Assembly: GCA_963825865.1 (NCBI GenBank) | Contig: CAWGVG010000015.1 | Span: 64,001-128,000, forward strand | Direction of reading: 5' to 3' | DNA: 64,000 nt | Source of the DNA: an uncultured Nitrososphaeraceae archaeon | GTDB taxonomy: Archaea > Thermoproteota > Nitrososphaeria > Nitrososphaerales > Nitrososphaeraceae | In this document: positions 23,688 through 36,707 of the stretch, one piece after another | Layout of the letters: each line of letters opens with the position of its first letter | Numbering within the stretch: the first letter of the stretch is position 1 | Translations under genes and position numbers: made by a program | Notes under the pieces: model-generated | The model's input: only the letters and a program-made list of their open reading frames with translations | Databases searched by the model: none | Told to the model about the DNA's origin: nothing

Positions 23688-25890
23688 ATGCCCAAGTTCA
23701 AGTCGACCCAAGATATTTTAAGAATTATTGGTAATAAAGAGCAGATCCGTAATTTTGGCGTCATTGCTCATGTTGATCATGGCAAGACAACTATGAGTGA
23801 TAGTCTTTTAGCTGCATCAGGTATTATTTCGCCTTCAGTTGCAGGTCAGGCCCTTGCACTTGATTCTATGAAGCTTGAACAAAACAGACAAATGACTATT
23901 CGTGGAGCTAATGTTACACTATTTTATGAAAATGAAGGCAAGGAATATGTGATTAATATGATCGACACTCCTGGCCATATCGACTTTACAGGAAGAGTTA
24001 CTCGCGCTCTTAGAGCAATTGATGGTGTAGTCGTTGTTTCTGATTCTGTTGAGGGTATTATGACCCAGACAGAGACTGTAACAAGACAAGCACTCGAAGA
24101 ACGAGTTAGACCGGTTCTATACATTAACAAAATTGATAGGCTGGTAAAAGAACTAAGATTAGATCCACAAGCCATGCAAAAATGGCTTTCAAATATAATT
24201 GCTGAATTTAATCGACTTATTGATATTTATGCTGAACCAGAACTTAAAGAAAAATGGAAAGTTAGTATACAGGGAAATAGTGTTGCATTTGGTTCTGCTA
24301 AGGATAGATGGGGATTTAATTTCAAAGTCGCTCAGAAAAAGGGCGTTAGTTTTAAGGATGTTTATGACGCTTATACTTCAGAAGAGCCTGGTGCTATAAA
24401 ATCACTTGAAGAAAGAGCGCCATTGCACGAGGCCATCCTAGGAATGGTTGTACAACATCACCCTCCACCCCATATCGCTCAGAGATACAGGATCCCCAAA
24501 ATTTGGCCAGGAGACTTGGAATCTGATCTTGGAAAATCGCTTTTAGCCTGTAACGAAAAAGGGCCAGCGGTGATGATGGTTACTACAATTAACGTTGATC
24601 CACAGGCGGGCAGAGTTGCAACTGGCAGGCTTTTCTCTGGTACTATCAAAGATGGTGATGAAGTATACTTAATTGATGCAAAAAGACCAGGAAAGGTTCA
24701 GTCTGTAAATATTTACATGGGCAACACTAGAGAAGTAGTGAGCATGTTACCCACAGGTAATATTCCTGCATTGCTTGGTCTTGATTACGCTGTAGCAGGT
24801 GAAACAATTTCAACTGTAAAAAATATTCCAGCATTTGAATCGATCAAGTATGTTTCAGAGCCTGTAGTTACAATTGCTGTGGAGCCTAAGCATCCAAAAG
24901 ATCTACCTAAACTTGTTGAAGCATTACGCAGAATTACTGTTGAAGATCCAAACCTTATAGTAAAGATTAACGAGGAAACAGGTGAGACTTTAATGGCAGG
25001 AATGGGTGTATTGCACCTTGAGATTGCAACATCACTTTTGCAGGAAGCAGGTCTTGATATTACGACAAGTCAACCCTTAATCAACTATAGAGAAACTATT
25101 CGTACAAAAGCAGGCCCGATCATGAGTAAATCACCGAATAAACATAACAAAATATTTATGCGTGTAGATTTACTTGGCGAAGAAATAATTGGAATGATAA
25201 AAATGGGCCAAATCAAAGAGGATATGGATAAAAAGGAATTGGCAAAGATCCTTCGTGAAAAAGGCTGGAATGCAGATGAAGCAAGAAATGTTGCTGCCAA
25301 TAGATGTTGGCGGCAATATGTTAATTGATGAAACAAAAGGTGTGCAATTTATACAAGAATCAATGGATTCTATAAAGTCAGGCTTTGATGATGTAGTCCA
25401 TTCAGGTCCTCTTGCTCATGAACCTGTAAGAGGTGTTAAGTTTGTCTTACATCACTTTGTTCCACATGAGGATCCAGCTCATAGGGGGTTAGCACAATTA
25501 ATGCCTGCAACTCGAAGATCTATGTTAGGTTCAATGCTGATCGCAGATTCAGTTTTACTTGAACCTATACTTGGCATCGAGATTAAATGTCCACAGGAAC
25601 AAATTGGTACTGTCGCTGGTATACTATCAAGTAAAAGAGGTAAGTTACTCAACGTAGAACAAAAAGGTTTAATTTCGATCATCCAAGGTGAAGTACCGGC
25701 ATCTGAGACATTTGATCTTTCCGAGGTCATGCGTGGGGGAACTGCTGGTAAAGCTATGTGGAATACTTATTTCAAAACATGGCAACCTCTTCCACAATCA
25801 ATATTTAGGAATTTAGTTGGAGAAATAAGAAAGAGAAAAGGTCTAAATCCAGAGCCACCAACTCATGATGAGTTTATCGACAAAGAATAA
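23688..25890 (+). CDS. fusA: Translation elongation factor aEF-2 (one indel near 25310)
   Basis: IAHVDHGKTT, DTPGH, NKID, SPNKHNK, diphthamide motif HEDPAHRG. Confidence 0.97.
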
Positions 25891-26046
25891 ACAGATACAA
25901 CATCTTTATTTTTTAATTATTGACTAAAAGTTGAGCCTATTTCGGGCTTTAGATGAATTTCAACTGTTTGTTTTTCCTTTTGATATCCCCTTTTCTATGT
26001 TATCATAAAGTGAATAAATAAGTATTACAAACAATAACTTATCTGC

Positions 26047-27231
26047 ATGAAACTTGACTTGCCAAGGTACACAGAAAGGTTTGGAGCCATAAGTCTCCAC
26101 GGAGTACAGCGTGTTTACGAATTGGATTCAGGATTTAACGATGATAGGACAAAATCTGAAACTATTCGTAGCGTTGGAAACGATGAGATTTCTGAAATTG
26201 AAAGGAAAATGGCTATTGTTATACCCATTAAAGGAGAGCGTTTGAAATTGCTTGAAGGGGTATTGAGCGGCATTCCTCACGATTGCTTGACAATCATAGT
26301 ATCCAATAGTCCAAGACAGCCTGTCGACAGATACAAATTGGAAAAAGAGGCACTTGAGCAATTTAATCGATTTGTAGGAAAAAATGCATTAATATTGCAT
26401 CAAAAAGATCCGGGATTATCTGATACACTAAAAGAGGTTGGCTACACCAGTATCTTTGGTCCAGAGGATACAGTCAGGAATGGCAAGGCTGAAGGAATGA
26501 TGATTGGAATGCTACTTGCGAAAATGGCCGGCAAAGAATATGTTGGATTTATTGACGCGGACAACTATGTACCTGGAGCAGTCAACGAATATGTAAAAAT
26601 ATTTGCATCAGGAATCGCAATGTCTAATACTCCTTACACGATGGTTCGCATATCATGGATTTACAAACCAAAAGTGTCTGAGAGTGGTCTATATTTCTCA
26701 AAATGGGGGAGAGTATCGGAAGTAACAAATCAATATCTTAATTCATTGATATCCTATTATACTGGCTTTGAGACTGAAATTATGCGTACAGGAAACTCTG
26801 GAGAACACTGTATGTCGATGAAATTAGCAGAGCTTTTGACTTATTCACCAGGCTTTTCGGTAGAAACATATGAAATTGTAAACATACTAGAAGAATTTGG
26901 AGGAATTGTGCCAACGGAAAATCAGGAAGCAATGGACAAAGGAGTTGAAGTAATGCAGGTAGAAACACGTAATCCCCATTTCCATGAAGAAAAGGGCGAT
27001 ATTCACTTAAAGGAGATGTTTAATGGATCGCTTGGTTGTATCTACCATAGTAATATTTGCCCTCCAAGACTAAGAGAAAAAGTCATCGAGGAACTGCATG
27101 AAAGAGGGATACTAGACGGTGGACAAGAACCATGTGTATTACAAAAAATCAATCCCTTCAAGAATATAGATATGCACCAATTTGCAAATATTCTTCATAA
27201 TCGAGCAACAAGTTTTGCTCACTCTGGCTAG
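26047..27231 (+). CDS. mpgS: Mannosyl-3-phosphoglycerate synthase (GT55)
   Basis: TERFGA, LLEGVLSGIPH, VRNGKAEGM, GFIDADNYVPG, KWGRVSE, ETRNPHFHE. Confidence 0.9.
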   Translation: MKLDLPRYTERFGAISLHGVQRVYELDSGFNDDRTKSETIRSVGNDEISEIERKMAIVIPIKGERLKLLEGVLSGIPHDCLTIIVSNSPRQPVDRYKLEKEALEQFNRFVGKNALILHQKDPGLSDTLKEVGYTSIFGPEDTVRNGKAEGMMIGMLLAKMAGKEYVGFIDADNYVPGAVNEYVKIFASGIAMSNTPYTMVRISWIYKPKVSESGLYFSKWGRVSEVTNQYLNSLISYYTGFETEIMRTGNSGEHCMSMKLAELLTYSPGFSVETYEIVNILEEFGGIVPTENQEAMDKGVEVMQVETRNPHFHEEKGDIHLKEMFNGSLGCIYHSNICPPRLREKVIEELHERGILDGGQEPCVLQKINPFKNIDMHQFANILHNRATSFAHSG

Positions 27232-27511
27232 GTAAATGAAGAATATGGTAGCAATTTACTATATAGGCAAAATATTGCTTCTACTCGCTATAAAAACTAA
27301 CATTATGACAGAAATCAGATTAACAGATAGAAAAATCTGCAGTAATTGGCAAAACTAAATTAGCAATAGCAATAATTGTAAAACCTCACTTCATAATGCT
27401 TTTAAGTCATTATGAGCAACTCTATTGTGATCTATTGTGACTGAAGTCGAGCTAGCAGCCTATCATTTAGGATGGGAATTCTAGGCTCTTCAAAAAATTG
27501 GAGATAGTAAA

Positions 27512-29225
27512 ATGTGTGGGATAGCAGGTATTCTGAGTAAGAAAGGTGAAAACGTTGTGCCGCTAATTGAACCTATGCTTTCTTGTATGGTAAATCGCGG
27601 CCCTGACGGAGCGGGGGTAGCGAGCTGATGACTTGGTTATCCTGTCAGACTCCTTCGAAAATTTGAAGTATCATAAACTTTCTGGAAGTAGTGCTCTGGG
27701 GCATTTAAGACTTGCAATAGTAGGCGGTACTTGCGGACAGCAGCCTTTTCGTAGCTGCGATAATAGGCTAACTATAGAACATAATGGTGAGATTTATAAT
27801 TATAAAAAAATTCGAAGAAAATTAGAGAAATATCATAAATTTAAAACTCAAACAGACAGCGAAGTTATTGTCCACTTATTAGAAGAGCATTTTGCTAAAC
27901 GCCACGATTTGCTCTATGCTATCAAAAAGACTGTGGCTGAACTTGATGGTGTTTATGCTATTGTTATCAAGGACGAAGTAACAGGAACCATATCTTTAGT
28001 CAGAGACAAAATAGGCGTAAGGCAGATTTACTATGGCGAAAATAATAGTTTTATCGGCTTTGCATCTGAACGAAAAGCCCTATGGAAAGTGGGAATAAAA
28101 GAACCTACAAAACGCGTGTTGCCAGGACATGCAATAATTATTACATCAAATGGTTTATTGCAAGAATTCAAAGTAGCCAATCCTCCAATACATTCATCGA
28201 AAATAGCGTACAAAACAATGGCTTCTGCTGTTAGTGCATATGAAAAATCCTTACTTGCATCCATGAAGAAACGAACGCAAGATTTCGATAGAGTTGGGAT
28301 AATTTTCTCTGGTGGTATAGACAGTGTAATTATTGCGTGGCTTGCGAAGAAAATGGTACGTGAAGTTACGTGTTACACCGGAGGGGTTAAAGATTCTAGT
28401 GATGTTGCGTTCGCACGACATATAGCTAAGAAACTCAATCTTAAACTAAGGGTTAATGAACTTAGCCAAGATGAGGTCGAACAAATAATTCCCGAGGTTA
28501 TGGATGTGATCGAGGATACAAATGCGGGACAGGTAGAGGTTGCAGTTCCAGTATATGCTGCAATAAAGCTTGCACACGAAGATGGAATTAAAGTAATGTT
28601 CACTGGACAGGGAGCTGACGAGCTTTTTGGAGGATATTCGTGGTATACAAAAGTAGTTGAAAAGGAAGGTTACCAGAAATTGCGCGACCATATGACTGAA
28701 GATTTACTTTTACTATACAGAGAGACTCTTGAAAGAGAAGATAAAATTACAATGGCACATAGTATAGAAATGCGTGAGCCCTTTCTCGACATGAGCGTAA
28801 TCAGAGTTTCGATGCAGATTGCTATGAAGCTAAATGTAAAGTCGGGAGATGACGTCTTTGGTAAACATGTACACAGAAGACTTGCACAGAAACTAGGTAT
28901 TCCCAGAAATATTGCTTATCGTATAAAGGAAGCAGCACAACATGGCTCTGGAATGCATAGTGTGTTTGATGCAATAGCCAGAAAGCATGGATTTGATGAA
29001 ACTACTATTTCAACAAGATATCTCGATATACTTAGCTCCCGCGAAAAAATTGGCAGCTCACAAAGATATGGTTATCTATTTGAAAATGAAAAAATGTGGA
29101 TCGCAGAACCACATGTACAGATGTATCTGGATAGCATTTCAAAAACACTTCCAACGTTCGAACAAAATGTGATGGCAAATCAACCAAAAGAGAAGAAAGG
29201 TTATTCTAAATCACACCACAAGTAG
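27512..29225 (+). CDS. asnB: Asparagine synthase (glutamine-hydrolysing)
   Basis: MCGIAG start at 27512, RGPDG, HLRLAI, HNGEIYN, SGGIDS, GQGADELFGGY; indel near 27625. Confidence 0.92.
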
Positions 29226-29596
29226 AAGATCCTTTGAATTATGCGGTCAAAGAGAAATGACGTGATTATTGAATAAATTCTTAAATGTGAAGTATGGTAA
29301 TTGTTTCCCGTAACGAAAAGTTAACAATGCAAAATAAACAACATTATATATCTGCCAGTCTGCAAACACTCCACCTAGCGTTTGTATGCCACCTACTAAA
29401 GAAGATGCATTGAAAGCAAGAAGCAAGCTTATTGAATCTACTCTATAATAACACTAAAAATTAATCTCGTGTAAATAAAAAGGTAGTACATAATATTGTA
29501 ATGAGAACAAGTTGTTTATATGTCAATTAAATAAAAAATTATTTTGCATAAATTGATGACAAACCTTAATTCTTAGCAAGACCATATTCAGTTATC

Positions 29597-30028
29597 ATGC
29601 CTAACGCCTTTCCAGAAGAAGATGGAGAGTATGTACAAGTAAAAATAAGTTACGTAGGTTTAGTAGATCAGTTGGGGTTAGAAGGTATTGTTGTTCTAAA
29701 GACATTTGATGGAAAAGAATTTCCCATGCGTGCTTTTTCAGGTGAGGTTGCCAGGCACATATCACGGTTTGAGGAAGGTGATAAAAATACTATACCAACA
29801 ATCTACAACCTGGTTGAAGAGATAGCAGTTATGCAAGACTTACTTCTGATTGAAGTTAGAGTTTATCTAAGTGGTTCAGTCCTACGTGCGAATCTATATT
29901 TCAAAAATCGAATGGAATATTTGGTATTAAGAAATTATCGTGCGTCAGATTCGATTGCTTTAGCATCTTATTATGATGTACCGATAAAAGTAAGAAAGAA
30001 TTTATTTGAAGAAGCAATTGAACGATGA
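29597..30028 (+). CDS. Bifunctional nuclease (DUF151)-like protein
   Basis: IVVLK...PTIYNL...RASDSIALA...PIKV pattern. Confidence 0.7.
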   Translation: MPNAFPEEDGEYVQVKISYVGLVDQLGLEGIVVLKTFDGKEFPMRAFSGEVARHISRFEEGDKNTIPTIYNLVEEIAVMQDLLLIEVRVYLSGSVLRANLYFKNRMEYLVLRNYRASDSIALASYYDVPIKVRKNLFEEAIER

Positions 30029-30038
30029 AGTTGATTGG

Positions 30039-31140
30039 TCAAGTCAATATTTCTACAAGCTTTTTTTGTGCTATTGCATTTTTAACTTCCATTGCTATTC
30101 TTCTACCAATACCCATAGTATGGCCATAATAATACTTCGCGTAAGGGCTTGTTGTTGCCATAATGGGATTACCGGGAACCCTAAGTGATACATCGTATAC
30201 CACCAAATCTAGATCTGCTGTAACAATGCTTTGTAACGAAATCGGTCCGATTATCCCAGGAGGATATTCCTTCTTGACTATTGTAGTGAATTTATCGCCC
30301 ATTTCAAATACTTTTTCTAGCATTGATTCACGTATGCTTGCTGGAGTATGGCCCACCTCGATATTATGTATGTCGATATCAATTTCCATTTGCTGCCTAG
30401 CAGGCAATGACGTAGTGAAGTCGTGGAGGTTAGTTTGCAATCTTCTTTCGATTCCAAGGAACTCTGTCTCTCCTGATAGTGGTGAATGGAAAAAGTTTAA
30501 GTTGAAATAAGTTCCAACTACATATTCTTCGATGGTGGAAGAGTTGAGATCTTTTTCATTAATGAGTCCCTGTTGTATCTTTAACTTTGTTTTCCTCTCG
30601 TAATCTTCATACGACGCCACAATTAGAAATGCCCTTTCTAATTTTCGTTTTGCTTCCCGAACTTTAACCACTGCTAGACCGTCAATGTCAGAAGGTTTTT
30701 TGTAAATCCTCGGATGTCTAATGTTTGCCTTCTCAAGGAGATGATACTGATTTCTTGTTGAAGTTCGCTCTTCTGCTCGCAAGAGTTGCCGGTTTCCAAA
30801 GATAGGTATCTCTAGATTGTTTTCGATATTGTCATAGCCCAGATAAGCAGTAAAAGCACGGTGAGCAATCATTATGGTATTTAATTGTCGTAATTTTTTT
30901 TGATTTTCTCTTTTCATGATATCGGAGAACTTATCAAGCAAAATGATTTCATCAGTCAATCGTTTAAATCGCTGATAAGGAATCTCTCTGCCTCTCTGGC
31001 ATATGCAAAGAGTCTTCATATTTTCATCTTTGGCACCATCCATAATCTCTAACGCAGAATGGCTTCCTATCGTACCAATGGTAATACCATCCAGCTCGTA
31101 TTTATTGACAATGCTTGCTACCTGCTGCCTGATTAATCAT
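30039..31140 (-). CDS. purP: PurP-family FAICAR synthetase (ATP-grasp)
   Basis: IGTIGSHSALEIMDGAKDE, IFGNRQLLRAEER, GHTPASIRESMLE, GRRIAMEVK. Confidence 0.88.
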
Positions 31141-31303
31141 TCTTTATACTACGGCCTCACGAATGATTGGAATAAAAAAACGTTTCTATGGAAGATTCTA
31201 TAAATTTTGTTATTGATTCTGGACTATAAAAAATCAGTTGATGAAATAATGGTTAAGTACAATTAGCTACCGTTGAGCGATATTCAAACTATGTAGCGTC
31301 ATA

Positions 31304-31639
31304 TTATTGAACTTTGTTATTGCTCTTGTTAATCTCTGATTCTATCGCCGTTCTAAGATCCTCGTCGTTCTTGTTTGAGTAATCAATTCCTAGTGTATCA
31401 GCTATTGATTCAAGCTTTTCTCTATCGATATTATTTGTTCTATTTTGATTTTTAATTTGTTGAATCTCTCTTTTTGATTCAATTTTAGCCTTTTCAAATT
31501 CTATAGATGCTTTGCCAAAGGATCTGGCAAGCTCTGGGATTTTCTTTACACCAAAAAATAGTGCTGCAATTATTACGACAATAATTATTATCTCAGCCCC
31601 ATTGAGAATACCCATTAGGAGGTTCGTTAACCCGAGCAT
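31304..31639 (-). CDS. tatA: Twin-arginine translocase subunit TatA
   Basis: GAEIIIIVVIIAALFFGVKKIPELARSFGKASIEF. Confidence 0.92.
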   Translation of the reverse strand: MLGLTNLLMGILNGAEIIIIVVIIAALFFGVKKIPELARSFGKASIEFEKAKIESKREIQQIKNQNRTNNIDREKLESIADTLGIDYSNKNDEDLRTAIESEINKSNNKVQ

Positions 31640-31682
31640 TTACAGATGTATATGGGAATATTAACAATTTAAGTGTTGATTT

Positions 31683-32522
31683 TTAATAATAGTATGTGTT
31701 TGTCATTCTCTTTTCTCTTCTCTCAATTGATATCATCCCTATAAGGTATAATGCGATCATGGGTCCTGCAACCAACCACATAGTAACTCCACTACCATCT
31801 GGAGTTATTATAGCACCAAAAATTACCAAAATAAAAGCAGCATATCTAAAGTTTTTTCTCCAGAATCTGGCATTAATTATACCAGTCAATGATATTGCAT
31901 ACATGACGATAGGAAGCTCAAATGCAATTCCAAATCCAAGAAAGAATTGCAGAACGAATGAGATAAAGTCATTGATATTAAGGAAGGTCTCTACGCCAAT
32001 GGCTTGACCATACTTATAGAGAAAATTCAGCGTGAAAGGAATCACTAGAATATAGGAGAAAATTATACCAGTGATGAACAGTGATATCGTGGGAAGAAAT
32101 ACATTAGTTATTCCAATTTTCTTTGTTTGTTTGCCAATTGCAGGAGATATAAAGCCAAATATTTCCTTAACAATGATTGGCATTGAACCTATAATGCCGA
32201 TCAATAGTGAGACATAAACCTGAGCAAAGAAGGCTTGTCCGGGGGCAGTTTGAATCAACTTTACTTCTGATGGAAGTAATGTTTTTTGCATATAAGAGGT
32301 AACATGAATAGCAATATTATTGAATGGGTCTGGATAAGGATAGAATAGTTGCAAGGTGTTGTCATTATTGTTGTCATCATAACTATAACGGAGTACAAAC
32401 GGTTTTATCCCAAAACTCATAGAGAGAATAGTAAGGATTACGACACAAACTATGATGCGAAGGATTCTGGACCGTAGCTCATCAATATGCTCATATATAG
32501 ACATCATTCCTGCTGCTGACAT
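31683..32522 (-). CDS. tatC: Twin-arginine translocase subunit TatC
   Basis: EHIDELRSR, FELPIV, GAIITPDGS; multiple TM helices. Confidence 0.93.
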   Translation of the reverse strand: MSAAGMMSIYEHIDELRSRILRIIVCVVILTILSMSFGIKPFVLRYSYDDNNNDNTLQLFYPYPDPFNNIAIHVTSYMQKTLLPSEVKLIQTAPGQAFFAQVYVSLLIGIIGSMPIIVKEIFGFISPAIGKQTKKIGITNVFLPTISLFITGIIFSYILVIPFTLNFLYKYGQAIGVETFLNINDFISFVLQFFLGFGIAFELPIVMYAISLTGIINARFWRKNFRYAAFILVIFGAIITPDGSGVTMWLVAGPMIALYLIGMISIERREKRMTNTYYY

Positions 32523-32973
32523 GATGTATTGGTAACAAGGAAACCTTGTGTATTTGACAAATATAATTGTGGTGTCGTCTGTACATCCACATGTAACACT
32601 AGCAGATACTCTTCATAGTGGACACTAATTATAGTGGAAGGAAATTTTACATCCACAGTTCATATAACATTTTACATCGCGTACATCGGCGATAATATCA
32701 TTTTCTATAGAAGGAAATCAAGAATCTACAATTTTGAATAAAATAAGATTGAGAATGGAATTCTCCTTGCAATATGATTGATTGGCAGAGCAATTCTATA
32801 CGCTCTCATTGACTGGCAAACTTCAAATTAAAAATACCGTGCAATGCGACTTCTGTAAATCAAACCTAAACACACAATAGATTATCCCCTTGCAATGATA
32901 ATGTAAAATGCAACTTTTATCATGCTATTCTCACATTGTGCTTACATACGGCTTGGAGGGAATTTATTCCTGA

Positions 32974-34370
32974 CTATTTGTTAATGACATAAAAGTCATA
33001 AACTGGGATTGTTTTGGTTTTACTAGTCCTCTTCCTAGTGTAGTATTCAATTATTGCCCAAAATGCTGGAAATGTTTCAACTAGTCCGATCACGACACAT
33101 AACACGAGAGTTTGCAAATGAAATAAGATTCTTTTTGGCCAATTAATCTTTGAATATTGTAGATTCAAGAATAATCCTATCTGATACGATAATAACCACA
33201 TAATGGATGTGAATAGCGAGCATTAAACCAACACCGATATCAATAGGACTACCATTTGTTAATGTATATATCATTGATTCAGGAGAAAATAAACTCAATA
33301 ATTTGTCAAACCATGGCATTACATTAAAATTAATTGTTTGATTAATTTCGCTGATTGATGTTGACAATAATAGCAGTTTTGGAACCTGGGTATGGATGTA
33401 AAGAATTGTAGAAGTGACACCTGATACGAAACCCAAAAAATATGTTACCAGTTTGAACATCATCTTAAACTTATGTATCAACGGAAATTTGTCTATGTTT
33501 TGCAGACTTCCAAGAACCCATCTACGTCTTTGCATAAAGTGATCCTTGATATTGAGTGGAGGCTGCTCAAGCAGTACTCCTCCGTGCCATCCTAGAGATT
33601 TTGAGCCGTATTTCTCATAAACTTTATAACCGAAAATTTGGTCTTCAGCAAGAGTTGGTCCAAAATTCCAGCCAATAGAATCTTCAATGTCTGATCTGAT
33701 TAGTAAATTACTTCCATGCATGTGCAAAGGAGGCGGGTTAGTCATTTGCGAAACGCAATCATAACATGTAAAAGGTCTCACAGACTCGGCAATTGCTGTT
33801 AGCCGATTTGCTGATTCAAACTTTAAAGGATAGAATATTGGACCTTCAGTCTGCAATCGCATTACCTTCTCTAATAAATTTAAGAAGTGAAAGAATCGTT
33901 TGGCTTGTTACATAACTTTCGTCATCCATGTGAAAAATCCAGTATTTTTGGCTTTCTTTACCAATTTTACGCCTATATTCTACAGCATATTGCAAAGCTC
34001 GTCCTTTCTTTATTGCATACGTTTTGTATTTTTTATCAACTATAACCACTTCACAATTATCACTACCAGTTAAGGTTGTAATATCTTGTGGATCGTCACT
34101 AACGACAGAAATTTGGTAATTACTATAGTTTATTTTAAGGCATGAAGATACTATTGAATTGATTCCTCGTTTTACAACAGGGGTCATGGTTGCAGAACGA
34201 GTGGTTATTTGAAAGATAATTACGGGGTCATTGTGAATCCGTCTAAGATCCTTTTCAACAAATATATTTCTATTTTTTAACAGCCTTATTAGTGTCAGGA
34301 ACGCCACTGGAATAGAGGAGAACCAGAAAGATGTGATCATAACTAGTACAATATTCTCCAACAACAACAA
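32974..34370 (-). CDS. Membrane GT2 glycosyltransferase, egghead-like (three fragments)
   Basis: FQITTR, KKGRALQYA, FHMDDES, HGSNLLIR, AEDQIFG, QRRRW and C-terminal TM segments. Confidence 0.8.
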
Positions 34371-34947
34371 CTTTTACAGAAGAGGATGTTCTTTAATACC
34401 AACTCATTCTAGAAACTTCTCGTTTTTGATTTAGTTTCTCCTAGAATTACATAACTAGAAATAATATGAAAATATTTTGATTATCTTATATATATGAATC
34501 ATAAATAGAATATTCTAATTTCTAGAAAGATATATAATTCTTCATTTCCACATTATTTATAATGGCATGAAACATTGTGTGAACGGAGCTATATTTCCAG
34601 TTTTACAATTATGCCAAGAATCCATAAAACAGCCATTGAGTTCAACTCAAATAACAATTATTGCCAAGTATGCAGGAATATAAAGGCGTCTATGCACACA
34701 TATAAAGTGCAAGAAGGTGATTCGTGTGCTGAAACTATAATGAAGTACGGCTAAAGAATGTAAAACACATGCGAACCCTGGTATCTCTAAGTCTATGAAG
34801 TTAACGGCATTTAAGGAAATATATGAAGCCATAAGAATAGAATAGTAGTTCTACTTACGAAGAATCTTAGAATATCATAGACAGACATTTGTTCATGTGG
34901 TATAGATTCTGTTCGATAGGGTTTTGTAATAGGGTCTTGTTCCCTAA

Positions 34948-35814
34948 GAGCCTATCCCAAAACTATCCTCCTGTAGACAATAATACAGCAAGCTAAACAT
35001 ACAAGTGCCAGATAGTTTTTCTGATTTCTTTTGGTACCTTACTAATAACTTTCTGAATCTGTTGTGCCACGAATTGGTTCTTTCTACAACCCATCTCTTC
35101 GTTGCATACTCTATCAATTCTTTCTCCACACCTCTGTGACGGATATGTGGCATGTATCTTCTTTTGGTAGATTCCCTTTCTATTTCTGGATAATCATATC
35201 CTTTGTCCAGACATAGGTTCTGTTTATTTAACGGTCTTTTAACCACTGTTCTATCCGTGTTTTCTGTTCGGGCTTCATATCGTGAGTATTGGGAGCTGTA
35301 ATGACAACAGATAACGGAACGCCGTATTGGTCTGTTAATATGTGACGCTTTGTCCCTATCTTACCTCTGTCTGTAGGGTTTGAACCTGTCAGGTCCCCCC
35401 TAAAGGTGCCTTCACAGATAGGCTATCAAGCGATTGCCACGTCCATCTAATACCTTTGATATCGTCATAAACTTCCAGTAGTCTTACCCACAATTTTTGA
35501 AATATTTTAGATACTGTCCATTGTTGAAATCTTCTATGGCAGGTAGAACCAGAACCATATTCTTTTGGAAGCATTTTCCATTGGCACCCAGTTCTTAAAA
35601 TATATAGAATGCCATCCAGAACTTTTCTAAATGAAATAACAGGACGTCCTGTGGTATTATTTGCTTTCTCAGTTGGAAGTATTATCTTAATTTCATCCCA
35701 TAATTCATCTGGAATTTTTCTAATTGATGGAAGATGTTTGATTGGTCTATAAGGCACATCTATAGAAAGAATCCTTCAAGCTATATGTCTATCTGCCATT
35801 TTTGGGATAGGCTC
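34948..35814 (-). mobile_element. IS5-family insertion sequence, 867 bp
   Basis: Perfect 15-bp TIR GAGCCTATCCCAAAA (34948..34962 and 35800..35814); TAA direct repeat on both flanks. Confidence 0.93.
34952..35757 (-). CDS. IS5-family DDE transposase (split ORF)
   Basis: GILYILRTGCQWKMLP, STCHRRFQQW, SLDS, NPTDRGKIGTKRH, LDKGYD, RWVVERTNSW; the corrected stop codon lies inside the TIR. Confidence 0.9.
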
Positions 35815-35913
35815 TAAGTAACTTGTAAAGTGTCAACGAGATAACAATAGTGGGAATTCATCATAACAGAGAATAAAAAATACCAACAGACAGTACAACT
35901 GACTCGGTGGCTG

Positions 35914-36707
35914 CTAATTGTTTTTATTTGGTAGATACTGGTTAAGGTTAATCATATATTCACCTGATACTCCAAGTTTGTTCTCGAACAATCTTATGAT
36001 ATGCTGAAGCATTCTAGATGAACCAACCATTGCTTCAATTTTTTCCTTTTCTGAAACTGCATTGGTCTCTATTACTATGTAGTCACATACTATCTTCAAG
36101 TTGACCTGAAATGAATTGTTATAACCATCATCCTCATTGATCCATTGTAACATGTATCCTGTCTCCCCCTCGATTCATACCAACCCATCTGAGCTTATTG
36201 AACCATTTTCCCGATTAAACCGGTTATTAATTCATTAACTTTTACATTCACAGGAATGTAGGTTTGAAGTAATTGTATGCACTCATTTCTTTCCCTTGTT
36301 TTAGATAAATTGAAACCACTTTTAGATAGCAGCAATATTGCATTTTTGGTCAGTTTGTAACCCATACTAGTTCTATCTATCAACCCTAGACCTTGTAGTC
36401 GGTTCAAGGCCCTTGCAAGGCTTTGCTGATGAATATTCAATTTGCGCATTAAGCCTCTGAAGGAATAATAATTCGATCCAATTTCTCGATTTAACAATGA
36501 GAGAATTTTACTATCATTTATGCGAAAATCTCTAACAGATAACGAAGAATCATCAATTCTTTCCCTTTCAATTAATACCTGGGTAGTAGTATTCTCAGAG
36601 AGCATTTGCTTTTCAATTCCTTTTACAGTATCAGTGTCTTCTCCCGTTCCAGAATTAACATTTTCATTTTTAGACATGTTAACTTCTACTGGGGTACTCT
36701 TCAGCAA
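35914..36707 (-). CDS. Winged-helix transcription regulator (frameshifted)
   Basis: YSFRGLMRKLNIHQQSLARALNRLQGLGLIDRT wHTH; continues into ORF 35914..36153. Confidence 0.72.

Noticed and set aside
23688-25890. Split or programmed-frameshift EF-2
   Set aside because: Essential gene, no slippery motif, and the break matches the window-wide indel pattern.
32755-32973. Cys-rich AN1-like zinc-finger remnant
   Set aside because: Too degraded to reconstruct reliably.
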